Of a DNA stretch of 64,000 nt, positions 51,280-64,000 are shown piece after piece. Every line of letters starts with the position of its first letter. Positions within the stretch are counted from its first letter, which is position 1. The stretch covers positions 13,511,075 to 13,575,074 of the forward strand of contig MU057036.1 in the NCBI GenBank assembly GCA_013239625.1, written 5' to 3'. Origin of the DNA: Lama guanicoe (Eukaryota). A program made the position numbers and the translations under genes. A model generated the notes under the pieces. It was not told where the DNA came from. It made no database searches and saw only the letters and a program-made list of their open reading frames with translations.

Positions 51280-54200
51280 TGCCCTCTGCTCCCCAGCTTT
51301 ATTCTGATCCCTGAGGTCCTTCCTCAGCCCCGACCCCTATCCTCATTCATTTCTCTTTGTTTAACTGGAAGCTGGCTCTCTCCTCTGCAGCCCCTCCAAG
51401 TGGCTGCCGTTCATACCTGCTGCGGGATGAACCTTCTCTGAAAACTCCCCGGAATTGAGGCATATGGCTTCTGACATACCACTGGGTCCTCAGCATTACT
51501 AGGGTGGACCTCCCCTCATTTCATGAAGATCTTAACTTGCAGTTCACTGTGTCTCTTCAGCATTATTCCTCCTGTACATTTTGGGATTCAGTGGACACCA
51601 CAGATGATCATTGGTCTTTCAGGCTTTTCTCTGTCCTACCTCAGCAACCCACTCCTGTGGTCATCCCCTTGGTCTTGTCGTTAATCCCACCCCGACCCAG
51701 AGTCTTAACTTTAAGTTCATATTTAAGTATTCTACTTTCTGATTTCCATCTCCTATGTTTCCAGTATACTCCTTCTAGTTGCTCTTTGACTGCACCAACT
51801 CATTGACTGCAAAGTCATGTTTCTACCCGCCCATCCTCCTCACCCATATCCACTCTTCTTTTCTTATCCATTTGAGATTCCATGGTCCATCACTGAGAAG
51901 TCACAATTTCTTCTCATACGTCCTCAACTCCTGTGCCCCTTTTACTGTACTCCTTGAGCAAAGTATAGGTAGATTGAAAGATAGGTAGGTAGGTAGGTAG
52001 GTAGGTAGGTAGATAGATAGATAGATAAAGTAAAAATAAATGCTACAACAAAAACTGTGATCAAATACAACATTTCGTTCACCTCCTCCATACTTGAGTC
52101 TCTGTAGCAGTGTGGGCTAGGAAAACCTGACTTCCATGAGGCCAGGTTTCAGCTGGGTTCCTGCCGTAACTTCATGGGTATCCTCACTGGTACTCTACAG
52201 TCCTACTATATTTCCCCGGTCCATTTGCTCTCCCACTTTCCTGGACTGTTATTCTACAACTCTTTGTTCCCAGAACCTCCAAAATATCCCCCCTCTTCCT
52301 CATTCTCTGCTGATGTATCTGGTTTCTGTTTCACTGAGAAGAGGAATTTGACAATTTCCCACGCTGTATTTATCAACCTACCAGCATCCACTCTGCCTTC
52401 CTTCCTGTTACTATAGATAAAGTCAGCTTCATGTCTCAAGTCATCTCCACTATTCTTTTAGATTCTGTCTCTTCTCACTTGTCCTAGAACATTACTCCAG
52501 CAATTATCCCCTTTCACTCTTGTATCGTAAATTACTCCGGCTCTGCTAGATCATGTCTGTTAACACAAACATACTACTGAATCTCCCACATCGCCTTCTA
52601 ACTTATGCTTCATTTCCCTGTTCTTTACAGGAGAGCCACTTTGAGAGCTGTGTCTACTTTGCCTCTTCTGATTGTCTTTTGAACCCATTCTCATCCGGCT
52701 TTCATCCCCAACACTCTACCTAAACAGCTACTGTCACTATCAGGGATGAATGGCTTCTACATTGCCAAATCCCAGGGACAGTTCTCAGTGTTCCTTTTCC
52801 TTGGTTTATCTGCACGATGGGTCATTCCCTCCTTAAAACACATTCCTCACTTGGTATCTGAAATACCAGACTCTTTTTTTCCCTTCCTTCCTCCAGGAAG
52901 CTGGCTGTCCCTCTTCCATTTCTTCTGCAGGTTGTTTATCACCTTGACCTCTAAATGTCAAAGTGGCCCGTATCTCAGCTTAGGAATGTTTCTCTTCTCA
53001 CCCTTCATTCGCTCACTTCCATCCAGCCTCGGAGCTTTTAATATCATCTGTATCATGATGTTTCCCATATTTTGGTCTCTAGCCTTGACTGATGCCTTGA
53101 GCTCCAGACTCTCATATCCAAACACCCAAAGACATCTTTACTTGAACTTGAAATGTCTCAAATACAAAATGTTCAAAACTGAGCTCCTTGCTCTTGCCTG
53201 CTGCCCACTTCTTCCCCTAAAATCCTTTTATCCTCACAGTCTTCCCATCTCAGGAAACTGCAATTCCACCCCTTCCTTTGTTCAGGTGATAATCTCTATA
53301 GTCTCTGATAACTCTTTTTCTTATCTCTATATCCAACCAATCACAAGACCTTGTTAGTTCCACCTTCAAAATCAAACTGGAATCTGACACATCTCAACTT
53401 CACCCTGATTTTTTTGTGTCATCTTCATGCTTCTCTCTTTGCTCCCTTACAGTCTATTCTCTGCCGTACAGCCCAAATTCTCACTTTAAAACCTGTGTCT
53501 ATTCAGAGTCTTTTGTTGGTCCGCTACCTCACTGAGAGTAAGAAGCAAAGTTTTGACAGTGGCCTTTAAAGCTCTAGGTTATCTCATTCACCACTACTTG
53601 TGGTTGGCAGAATGTTAAGATGTCCCTTAAGATTCCCACCTCCCTGATATAAACGTCCTGCAGCATCCCATCCCCTTGAGTGTGGTTAGGACCTGTGAAT
53701 ATATGATGGGGTAATCACTGCCTTTATTAAGTTATTCCATATCCCAAAGGTGATGGGACAGTCACTCCTGTAACCGAGATACCATCTCAGCAGACTAGAG
53801 AGAGAAATTCTCCTGATAGCCTTGAAAAAGCCAACAGTCATCTTGTGTGTGGTAAAAATCGGAGGGTGGCCTCTAAGAGCTGAGCATCATCTCGGTTGAT
53901 CACTAGCAAGAAAACGAGGACCCTAGTCACACGGCCATAAGGAAATAAATTCTACCAACAACCTGAATGAGCCAGCAGAGGATTCTTCCCTAGGTAGATT
54001 CTTCCCTAAACCCTCCACGTGGGAGTGCAGCTCAGCCTTCATCTTGGCTTTAGCCCTGAGTAGAGGACTTAGCGCGGCTTTTGATCTGTAGAAACGATGA
54101 GGTAGTAAATGGGTGTTGTTTTAAGTTAGTGGGTTTGTGGTCATTCATTATGCAGTGATATAAAATTAATACATACCTCTCTGACTTAGACTTCTAGTAC

Positions 54201-54400
54201 TTTCTCCCTATCTACCCAGCTTCAGCCACCATGGGGTCTTGGCTCTTCCTTGAACACGGGGACCATGTTCCACTGTAAGACCTTTAGACCATCTGGTTCT
54301 TCTACCTTCAGACATCTTCCCTTAAGAAAGATATGTGGCTCACTTCCTTGTGTCCTTTAGGTGTGTGTTCAAATGGCATTTTCTGGTTTTTGACCACCTT
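51280..54400 (+). mobile_element. Long L2 remnant, interrupted by an MLT1E-like LTR (53599-54173) and a (TAGG)n(TAGA)n microsatellite (51979-52027)
   Basis: L2 motifs cattgccaaatcccagggacagttctcagt, tgagctccagactc, aaatgttcaaaactgagctc; LTR tgtggttggcagaatg...aattaataca. Confidence 0.82.
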
Positions 54401-55674
54401 ATTTTTGTATTTCTACGGAAATTCATAATTTGGGAAACTCTTTTTTCATTAAAAATATTGTCATATTAGAGGAGGATAAAATATTTTTTAAATTATAAAA
54501 TTTTGTAACTCAATATCTGAAGAATTTAAAACAAATCTAAATGTGATTAAGCAGAAAAATATAGGCACTAGTCATTGCTTGGTTTCAGAGTGTATGCCTC
54601 ATTGTACAATTTAAAGCTTAATGAATTTCTTACCACCCAGGTTTGAAATACATTATATTCTAAAGTTATGTTCATACCTTATATAACTTTGACCTTTTAA
54701 TGCTAGCTTACAAAAAGTCTCTTTGCACTGTTTCCTACTATTAAGAAACTGACATGAAACCCACAAGCACAAAACTTCTAATAAATATATGTAATTCAAA
54801 ATTTGAATGTTAAATATTGACCCATCACTCTGATCCTGATTATTTAATAATTGAATCCTTTAATTCTCTGTGCCTGTTATCTCTGGAATGCTTTTTCCAA
54901 GTAGCTTAGAGTATTTTGATCGGTTTTGTGACATTTACAAACCACTGTTGTAAAGAATTTCTGCTGTAGGAACATGTCCGTTTTAGTAAGAAAAAAAAGT
55001 TTGCCTAGCTGTCTATCCCAGTTGTTTGGTTTTTAAAATGTCTATGCTTTTTGCTTTTAAAAGCTTGTCCGCATTAAGTCAGGTTTCCCAGCAATCTGTA
55101 CAACCTCCTGTAAAACCTTTCTTGCTACTTTTCCCTTCCTCTTCCAGTGGTCTCGGCTTAATATGCAGAGTGCTTTTTTCCTTTCAATCTTTTTCTTTCT
55201 CTTAATAATTCAAACTAATAAATATAATAAAATAAACTAACTCAATAGGAAGCCTTAGCAATAGCTTCTCTTTTGTGAATCTAAACATGAGTAAATTCAG
55301 ACAGTGGGTGGCCAGTTGATCTATCCCAAGAACAGGAGCCATTGGCTTGGGAAATTCATTGCACTGCCTGCCAGGGCATTTTTTTCTCCATTCGCTGATG
55401 AAATACCTACCATTTTTCAGGTGGAGAAGTTTCCTTCCTCTCACATATGACATTTCTGTGTCAGCAGATATTTTGAAAGCGTAGAGCGTGGTATAAAGTG
55501 ACACTTTGACTCAGATAAATGTTGCCAGAAGTTAGATTTTGTTTGCATGGAAGGGAATAGCCATTTAGTAATGCGGTTTTGTATTCACAGACTAAATGGC
55601 TATTTGTTTGCTATTAATTCATTATCACAGAAAATGGATATATCCTTTCTCATTTGTTCTATTTTATAAACATT

Positions 55675-58280
55675 CCGTAAAATTGACTTTTTATTGTGTA
55701 TAGTTCTATGAATTTTAACAATGTGTAGATTCTTGTAACCACCACCACAGTCAGGATACAGAACTATTTCATGACCATAGAGGAATCTCCCTCCCTCTGT
55801 CCCTTTGATTCATGCCTCCACCCATGCCAACCTCTGGCAACCACCATCTATCTGTGTTCTCCATCACCATACCTTTTACTTTTTGAGAAAGTCATTGAAT
55901 CATAAAGTACAGATCCTTTTGAGACTGGCTTCATTTATTCAGTCTAATGCCTGTGCAGTTCATCAAGGTATTGTGCATATCAACAGCAGTTGTTTTTTTC
56001 ATTGCTGAGTAGTAGTTCATGATGGGGTGCTACCACAGTTTATTGAACTGTCCATAGTAAAGTATATTTTGGTTCTTCCCAGTTTTGAGTGATTATGAGT
56101 GGAGCTACTAAAATATTCATGTGCAGGTTTTCCTGTGACCCTAAGTTTTCATGTCTTTAGGGTAAATACCTAGGATTGGAATTTCTGAGTCATATGGCAA
56201 GTATGTGTTGAACTCTGTAAGAAACTGCTGCACTGTTTCCCCCACCAGCAGCGTACAAGAGTTTCAGTGGCTCTGCCCCCTCACCAGCCATTCTAAGGTA
56301 TAGAATAACATCTCATAGTGCTTTTAATTTTCATTTTTCTAACACCCAGTTTTCCACGGGCCATTTGTTATCTGTATATCCTCTTCTTGAGACACGTCTG
56401 TTCAACTTGTTTCCCTGTTTATTTATTATGTTGTTCATTTTCTTGCTGTTCAGTTTTGAGGGCTCTTTATGTATTTGGGATGCAAATTCTGTCAGATACA
56501 TGATTTGCAGATGTTTTCTTTCCAGTCAGTAGCTTGTCTTTTCATTCATGTGACAGTGTCTTTCACAGAGCAAATCTGTCAATTTTGATGAAGTTCAGTG
56601 TACCAAGTTTTGTCTTCTTTAGATGGTGCATATTTAAGAACACTTTGACTTAGCCAGTTCATGAAGACTTTTCTCATATGTCTTTTTTTTTTTATGTTTT
56701 CTATTTTTATGTTTTACATTTAGGTCAATGAGCCATTTTAATTTTTGTTTCAGTTGAGAAGTTTAAGTAGACTTTCATTTTTTCCCTAAGTGGATGTCTG
56801 ATTGTTCCAGAACCATTTGTTGAAAGGACTATTCTTTATCTAGTGCATTGACTGTAACTTTGTCAAAACACTTGGCCACATAGTTTCTGTACTCTGTTTC
56901 ATTTATCAATATATCTGTCTCTTTGCCAATACCATACAGTTTTGATTACTATAAATTTAAAATAAGTCTTTAAACCAGTAGATACAATTTCTCCATGCTT
57001 GTTCTTATTTCTCAAAAGTACGTGGGCCATTCTAGTAACTATGCTTTTGATAACTTTTTGAGTCAGCTTATCAGTATCTACAAAAAATGTTGTTGGAATT
57101 TTAATTGGTATTGTCTTAAATCTGTAGGTCATTTTGGGGAGAATTGACATCTTTATAAAGTCAAGTCTTCCAATATATGAACACAGTATGTCTCACCATT
57201 TATTTAGACCTTTTTGTGATTTCTTCCATCATCATTTGTAGTTTTCAGCATATAGATCTTAGACATTTTTATTGGATGTATACTTAAGTACTTTATTTGT
57301 TTTGGACTTATTATAAATGATAGATATGTGTGTGTGTGTGTGTGTGTATAAAATTTCAGTTCCTAATTGTTAACTGCCACATATTTGTATGTTGACAGGG
57401 TGTCCTGTGAAAACTTGTCATTTCAATACCATTTCAATATCACTTCTGTTTGCAAAACTTCTGTAATGTTATTTGTTCCTGTCCTTCAAGTTTGCCACCC
57501 AGGTGACAGTCTAGGAGCCGGAGTGTGGTGTAGTCCATAATTATTTCTCAAAGTGTCTCGTACGCTATTTAGATCCATGCACGCACAGCTTGGGGTAAGC
57601 CCAGAAGTTCATGAACAACATTAAGAAGTTCCTTCCTGAGCCTCTTCCTCTTCCTCTCCCCCTGGAACATTCCTATCTCCTGTGGCTTCCTTTTTTGAAC
57701 TTCACCCAGAAAGCTGGGGTTTTATTTTCCCTTCTCTGTCACTCAGTTGCACCCCCTTCTGGAAAGAGCAGAGAGAGATGAAAAGTAAAGGGCAAGGGCG
57801 TTCACCCCATACCCTTGGGCTCACGGCTCCAATCAGAGAGGAAACTTTCCCTTCCTCGTAATTTTAGGCGCCTGCAGGTCCTCCGCGCTGCCACTTTTGC
57901 TGCTGCCACCACTGGGTTACGTGGGAGCTGGGACACAAGAGAGTGGGAAAAAGAAAAGGGATTTCATCATTCTTCTGAGTGTTAGGAGACCTCTGCTCTG
58001 CTCTCTGAGCCAGGGCTAGAGGGCTTCTCCTGGGGCTTTCTCTGCCTACAGTATGAGCATCTCTGGGCTTGGAGCTGTGCTGGGTCTAGATCATGAGATA
58101 CCAGAGGGGGAAAATGCTAAAGTAATGCTGGTTCATCAGTGATAGGTAAGCTTCTGATCTTCTTCCCCAGTAAGCCTGGCGCTGTTTACTTTAAGTCCTC
58201 GAATAGCTGCTCTGAGTGTTCTGTCCAGGTTTTATAGTTTCATTCGATAGGTACAAGAGAGTAGAGTGTGCTTCCTTTGT
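55675..58280 (-). mobile_element. Old L1 (L1MB/MC-like) with ORF2 remnant and probable 5' region
   Basis: ORF 56899-57150 MSILPKMTYRFKTIPIKIP...KTVWYWQRDRYIDK resembles the L1 ORF2p C-terminal region. 3' UTR motifs near 55700-56200. (TG)n at 57327-57347. The extent beyond ~57440 is less certain. Confidence 0.85.
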
Positions 58281-58849
58281 CTCACTTGCAGCATCTGGTC
58301 TACCAATGTGTAGCTCGTGGTTTCCTAATAATTTTCATGTAATTTTGGTTGTCTGTGAGTCCCAACAGGGACATCTGCAAGATGGCACCCTGGTTTTCTC
58401 ACCTTGCTGTTGGGATATTTCTTACATTCAAAGGGATAGTTTGTACTTTACATTTAGTATTGAAATCAGGTTTCCCAATGTAACTCACTGTATGTGTATC
58501 TTTCATAGAGTCACGGGAGGGAAAGATGTCCTTAGCTTATTTGTGTTAGGGGAATCACTCATCTTTGGATACCACTGTTTTCAGCAGTAAAGAGAAATCC
58601 ACACGCCAATTAGTCTGAAAAATGGATAGTCTACGTATCTACGATGGGCTCTTGAAGTTCTGTGGCTCGAAATTGTGTAACAGTCGTACTCATTACCATA
58701 CACAAAAGTATTTTTATATTTTAACTTAAGATCTTTTATTTTTGGACACATACGTCTTATAAGAAGGATGGTTTACTACTTTCATATTTTGTAGCTGGTA
58801 AATCTTAATAGAGGCTGAGTTGCCTTCTCACAAACACATAGGTGTTTAC

Positions 58850-59580
58850 AATAAAGAGCCAGCACCGTAACAAGGACATTGTCACTCAAAGTTCACGTTC
58901 CACTAAACCATACTCCATTATTTAATGGCGTGTGAAGACAAGGGTCAGTTTGAAGCAAAAATACTGAGCTGTCCCTAACCCTTGACAAGTCCTGACATAA
59001 GGTCTTGAGAGACAGGCTACACTGCAGACTCTCTGGGCAGGCTTTGGGCACTGTCTAAAGGATTTTGACAGAGGAAGGAAAGTAAAATGTGACAGTGGGG
59101 CTGTAAGAGGAAAGCTCGACATGGACGGGATGGCAGAGGAAGATACTGGAAGATGGGAGGTAGTTTCTTGAAGTGTAATGAAAGAGAGTTGATGAGAATA
59201 ATTGGATGTTGCTGTTGGGAAGAGACACATGTAAGAGACATTATTGAGGAAGAATCACTATGACTTTGTGCCTTATTGCACGGTAAGGGCAAAGCACAGG
59301 TAGAAATGAAATGTTCTGTGGTTTTGATCTTGAGGAATGATACACTACTGATGTAAGTGGGTTGAAGTTTGAGTTGAGGTTTCAAGCCTACCGAATGTAA
59401 AATGATACCAGGACAAAAGGAATTTGCAGTTCTTGGTCAGGAAGTCAGGTCAGAGCAGGGAGTATGGAATTGTGGTGGATCCTCATAGACAGGGTAACTG
59501 AATCCCACAATAGTGGAAGGAATTTCTAAAGGCAAGCTTGTAACAAGAAAGGAGGAAAACATCAAAGGCAAAACCTTGAG
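58850..59580 (-). mobile_element. L2 fragment
   Basis: aggacattgtcactcaaagttcac...aattggatg...aaatgttctgtggttttg...caggtcagagcagggagtatggaattg. Confidence 0.55.
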
Positions 59581-61624
59581 TGTGTAAGCTGCAATTTTAA
59601 GAGCTACTGAAAGGTTTTATTTGAGGATTAGTTTGAATGTATTCTGTGACTTCTGGTATTTGTGAATTTCAGCCAGAGTGGAGGCACATTTAGTCATATC
59701 TGCTTACATAGAACTCTCACTTCTGTGAGACCTAAGTAAATCTAGCACTGCTAGATAAGAGTTTTCACCAGAAAGATAGTCAGGGCACACTCGCTCACTG
59801 ACTCCATTTGCTTACCTATGGCCTTCGTTTATTTTTCTGTCCAGGTGAGATTTTCATTTCCCAGCTACATGTCTAGACGGATTAAATGCAAGGCACGTCT
59901 CACAGATGACGGTTCCTGTGCATAGCACCAAGGCTGCTTTATATTTGCAAAGACTGACAGTGCTAAGGACGCTTTTTTCCTTGGATGTTTACAGAGTCAC
60001 GTGTATCTCTGTGGCATTTCCAAAATAGGGGAGTTATTTACATGTTTCTGTTTAACATTTCCGTAGGATAATTTTTTTCTTTTTGTCTTCTAAGGGTGGT
60101 ACAATAGGTGGTGAAGAGTTTAGAGGAAAAGCGTCATTGAATTGAAGACTGTTTCATATCCCCTTTCCCTCAGTCTTCCAAAAATATTTAAATATTTCAG
60201 CATGTGAAATTGAATATTTCACTAGGAAGCATTATGAGAGTTATGTTAAAGGAGGATTTTGAAAAATCCCAATCACTAATGTATTATGCATACTGGAAAC
60301 CTAATTGATAAGGAAGTGTTGATTTGTGTTGCTGAAATTTCCCCTCCTCTGTCTTCCATCTTGTTGGCATGGTTAAATATTTAAGTGTATCTGCTGAGAG
60401 AAATAGGAACTTGATGTTGTGTTGAAATAACATAGCTGCCAAGAACTATTCATCTTTTACTTCTCTTATAATAATTCTGTGAATTAAGCAGTGGGTAATG
60501 ACCTGACAAGAGACTGTTTGAGATGACATGGTTTTCTTTTTCACTCTCTCTTCTTCATATAGATTGAGATAGTTATTTATAGCTGCAGCCTGTTCCTAGT
60601 GCCATATAAATTGCTAGGAAATTGTATGAAGATCACTTTTGTTTGGTTCCATCAAATTTGTATCCTTGTGAAAATACCAAGTGCCATAATGGTAATAAAA
60701 TATATATATATATACACGTTGGATACTATAAGAAAAACTAGCCTTTGTATTTGGCTGTAAGTGTTAAGTCACTTTTCAGGTTTGACACGCATTTGGTTTG
60801 TTTGGTTTGTTTGGGGGAAGGGTTGGACGGGAAGGTGGGGAGTGAGGAGGACAATCTGCCCGTGACTTTTCCCAAAGCTGTGTCCGCCCACGATAGTCTA
60901 GGATGCCTATGATGGAACCAAGTGATTGAATTCTAGCCTCGTCAGAGCAGGAAGTTTGAGCGCTGATATCATAGCTGTCAGAGATCACCTCTTTGTTTTG
61001 CAGTACAGGAAACTGAAATCCAGAGACCTGAAGCAGTACGTCGTTGGTCACATAGCTAGTGAGCAGCTGAGCTGGATATTGTGCTTTGGTTTCTTGATTC
61101 CTAGCCTGGAATTCTCTTCAGTATGTCTGCCATGCAGATCTGAAGAATTTCCATTAAACAAAAGTCAGTAGGATTTTGCTGATTAATAAGGGTGAAGTAA
61201 TGATTAGTAGCCTCCTGAACCTGATGGGTGATAAATTGAAAACATAATTCATGCTTTAAGAATGAATTTTTTTGCTAAATTTTTATGAAACCACCTTTGA
61301 AACAGCCTTTACAAACATGAAATAGATATTTCAGTTGTGACTCTCCTGATTGAAGAGAGGTGTTGAATATCCATACTTTGTGTGTAGTAAATTGTATAGA
61401 ATACATTGGAAACTGCTTCTATGTCTCATGTTCCAGTTCACGGACAGGATGAACAATGCTTTTGGGTGTCTTGGGATCAATTCTTCAGTTTATTACCTGC
61501 GTTCCCCATTCCATCTCCCACAAATCTCAGATGAAGACGCACGCTTCAGGGTACTCACAGCTTCTTACGCAAAATGGTTTTGGTGGGGGAGGTTTTAGAA
61601 TCCCTTTAGTGTCCCTTAATCTCA

Positions 61625-61784
61625 TGTGACACAGAGACACTAAGTGAGCAAATGCTGTTGAAAAATGGCACAGATAGACTTGCTTGAATCAGGGTTGCCA
61701 CAAGCCATCAATTTGGAAAAAAAAAAACACAATTATCTGTGAAGCTCAACAAAGCAAAACACAATAAAGCAAGATATGCCTGTA
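61625..61784 (+). mobile_element. Tigger1 3' end
   Basis: tgtgacacagagacac.aagtgagca..tgctgttgaaaaatggc...agggttgccacaa...atgcctgta (TIR plus TA). Confidence 0.85.
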
Positions 61785-64000
61785 TTTTAAAAGTAGCCAG
61801 GTAATTTTTAAAGGGAATAAATAAAGCTATAGTTCTGAAGCTTACTCCTTTATTCCCATGGTGCATTCCTTACTCATCTGACTCTGGCACTTTAAAAGGT
61901 TCACTTGCATTGTCATCAGCTATAGACTTGTGTTCTTTGCACTACTAGAATGTAAGCTTTATACCATCATCTGTCATCACTAAGTCTTTGTATCTCTAAT
62001 GAGCACATACTTGCTCTTGAAATGCATGTGCTATGAAATCCTGTAATCTTTTACAATAGTCTTAGATGTCCATTTTAGTAAAATTTCTGAAGAGAATCAA
62101 ATTAAATACATTATATTCATGACAATAGCAATTTGGTTGATACTGCTCCTACTACTACGAGGATGAAGAGAAGGAGGAGAAGGAAGAAGCACTTGTCTTA
62201 TGCAAAACGTTGTGCTGAGAACTTTACATAAATCATGTCACAATTTAATCCTTACAATGAAATTATCATCTGTGTCTTACAAAGTTTCACATGGTTAAAT
62301 TTCTTATCCAAGGTCATGAAGCTAGCAGATAGCTCAAACTCCTGAGTTCACACTTTTAATTATTATTGCATATATCGGCTTATTAACCAGTCTTGGCTGT
62401 GAGAAGCTTATTCTCTGTTTCAAATCATGACATTTTTTTGGTTTAGTTCAATGAAAATATTTAGGAATTTGTACCTAGAAATTAAGCTTGTATACCGAGA
62501 AATTAAGCTAGCTCAGTTTGCACAAGCCCGAAGTTTAAACAATTCCTATGAGGAAAAAAAAAAAGATGTCTTTAATTGTTATTGATGATCAATTTGGGGG
62601 AAAAAGAAATCTGCAGATTTCTAGAAAAAACTACGAGTGGTGACAGTGAGGGCTTTTACTAAACTCTTTATTTAACTGTCGAGTATTGAAGAATTGTACA
62701 CAGATATGTCACACTGTGATTTATGACAAGTTATTATGTCATTTTCAAGTGGGAAAATGGTATAATTAATTATTAAAACCATTCGAGAATTGGAGCTAAT
62801 ATAGTTGTTTTTTTTTACAAAATCATAGATTATATTATTATCTGTATAGACATATTCTTTGTAATGAATGCTTAAGTTTTCTATATTAATTTCAAATAAT
62901 TGAGTCAGTATTATAAAAATCACCAAGAAGCTTTATATTTTATTAATATTAATAAACTAGTTAAATCACTTTTAGTTTTCTATGTACATAATCTTTATTT
63001 TATTACATTATGACATTAGCTACGTGTATGTTATCAGAATTTTTCTATTTCGGTTTTCTTAAAAGCATAATTCAAAAGATACGTTTCAATTTATACGTTT
63101 TATGTTTTGAGGAAAACTTCCTGTGATCTGGTAACAACTGGATTTCCTTTTCGCCTAACTTATTCATTATTTTAATTAGCATTTTGGTAAACTACTTATA
63201 CTAATTTTCCTATTCCTCTTTTCTGACACCTCTAATAAAAATAGTGACATTCTGAAGGAATTGGTTGAAAGAAAGACACTATTTGTGTTCATATTAAAGT
63301 TAAAAACAAATTTAAAAGATGACTAAATAAAGAAGATGAAGTGTCACCGAACTGATATTAGTCAGTTAGGCTTGGGTGGAAGCTTTGGTAACACCTCATG
63401 CTGACGGGAGGTCTGCCACCCATCTTCAAAATACGTTTCAAGGGAAAAACATCCTTATGTATCACAGTGTTCCCATGATATGATGCCACCACTTATTCTG
63501 TATATTTTCTTGCCCAGAAAAGAAAATTTGAGAATCTTAAAGGATGGGTGGTTGTTAATTTTATTTTTAATTTTAATTATTGTCAACCATAACATTTGTA
63601 TGTTGATGACAGTAATGATGATGAAAATCTTAATAATAAAATTATCATTATCATTAAGTAGGGATGAGCTGTTCAGTAGCCAACAGACTCAAAGAAGATA
63701 CAAACCTGGGTTTCTGGTTTCGCCAATTTGCTTCCATGCATGAGGCTTTCTACCTCCTTGAATCTCAGTTTCTTTATCTGAAAGAGTAATGGGTTATGCT
63801 AGATGATCTCTGTGGCTAATTTCTGCTCTGCAGCTACCTTCTTTTTTTTTTTTTATGTTGCTGGGAGAGAAATCTTCTTTACTTGGTCTCTGAGAAAGAA
63901 AAATGATGTTATGCAAAAGGCATAAAAGCAGATTTTATAGCCAATGGCTGGGTCATAGAGGAATACAGAGATGTTTATGCTCTTTTCTGTCTTATTCAGC

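Noticed and set aside
52746-53357. 203-aa ORF
   Set aside because: Lies in a decayed L2 remnant; no recognisable protein.
56899-57150. 83-aa ORF on the minus strand
   Set aside because: L1 ORF2p remnant, not a host gene.
33796-64000. Next INPP4B exon (TSDGGKVVGTIEV...)
   Set aside because: Not found by eye; it presumably lies beyond the window end.
1-64000. CRISPR array, operon or other prokaryotic system
   Set aside because: The sequence is mammalian intron; there are no regularly spaced repeats or dense ORFs.

Overview
Mammalian genomic DNA, most likely a camelid (camel or alpaca), judged from a tRNA-Ala-derived camelid-type SINE and young camelid-like L1 3' ends. The whole window appears to lie inside INPP4B (inositol polyphosphate-4-phosphatase type II B) on the + strand. 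Two known coding exons are recognisable: 24912-24962 (VRTSVLSEHKDPPPEVG) and 33716-33795 ([27 protein letters not shown]), both in the C2 domain. The rest is intron, rich in old repeats (L1, L2, MIR, MaLR/ERVL LTRs, hAT and Tigger DNA transposons), with five assembly gaps. Neither exon appears in the ORF track, whose entries are essentially noise or repeat remnants. The most interesting signals are candidate extra INPP4B exons: an in-frame alternative first exon encoding a Cys/Trp/basic N-terminus (MTDKLCRRWCWICNKETKKE, 22959-23018), and a frame-preserving 15-nt microexon (ESSDW, 30868-30882) with a duplicated donor. Both would remodel the C2 lipid-binding loop. These are sequence-only predictions. 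Gene and repeat identities come from recall, not from database searches.
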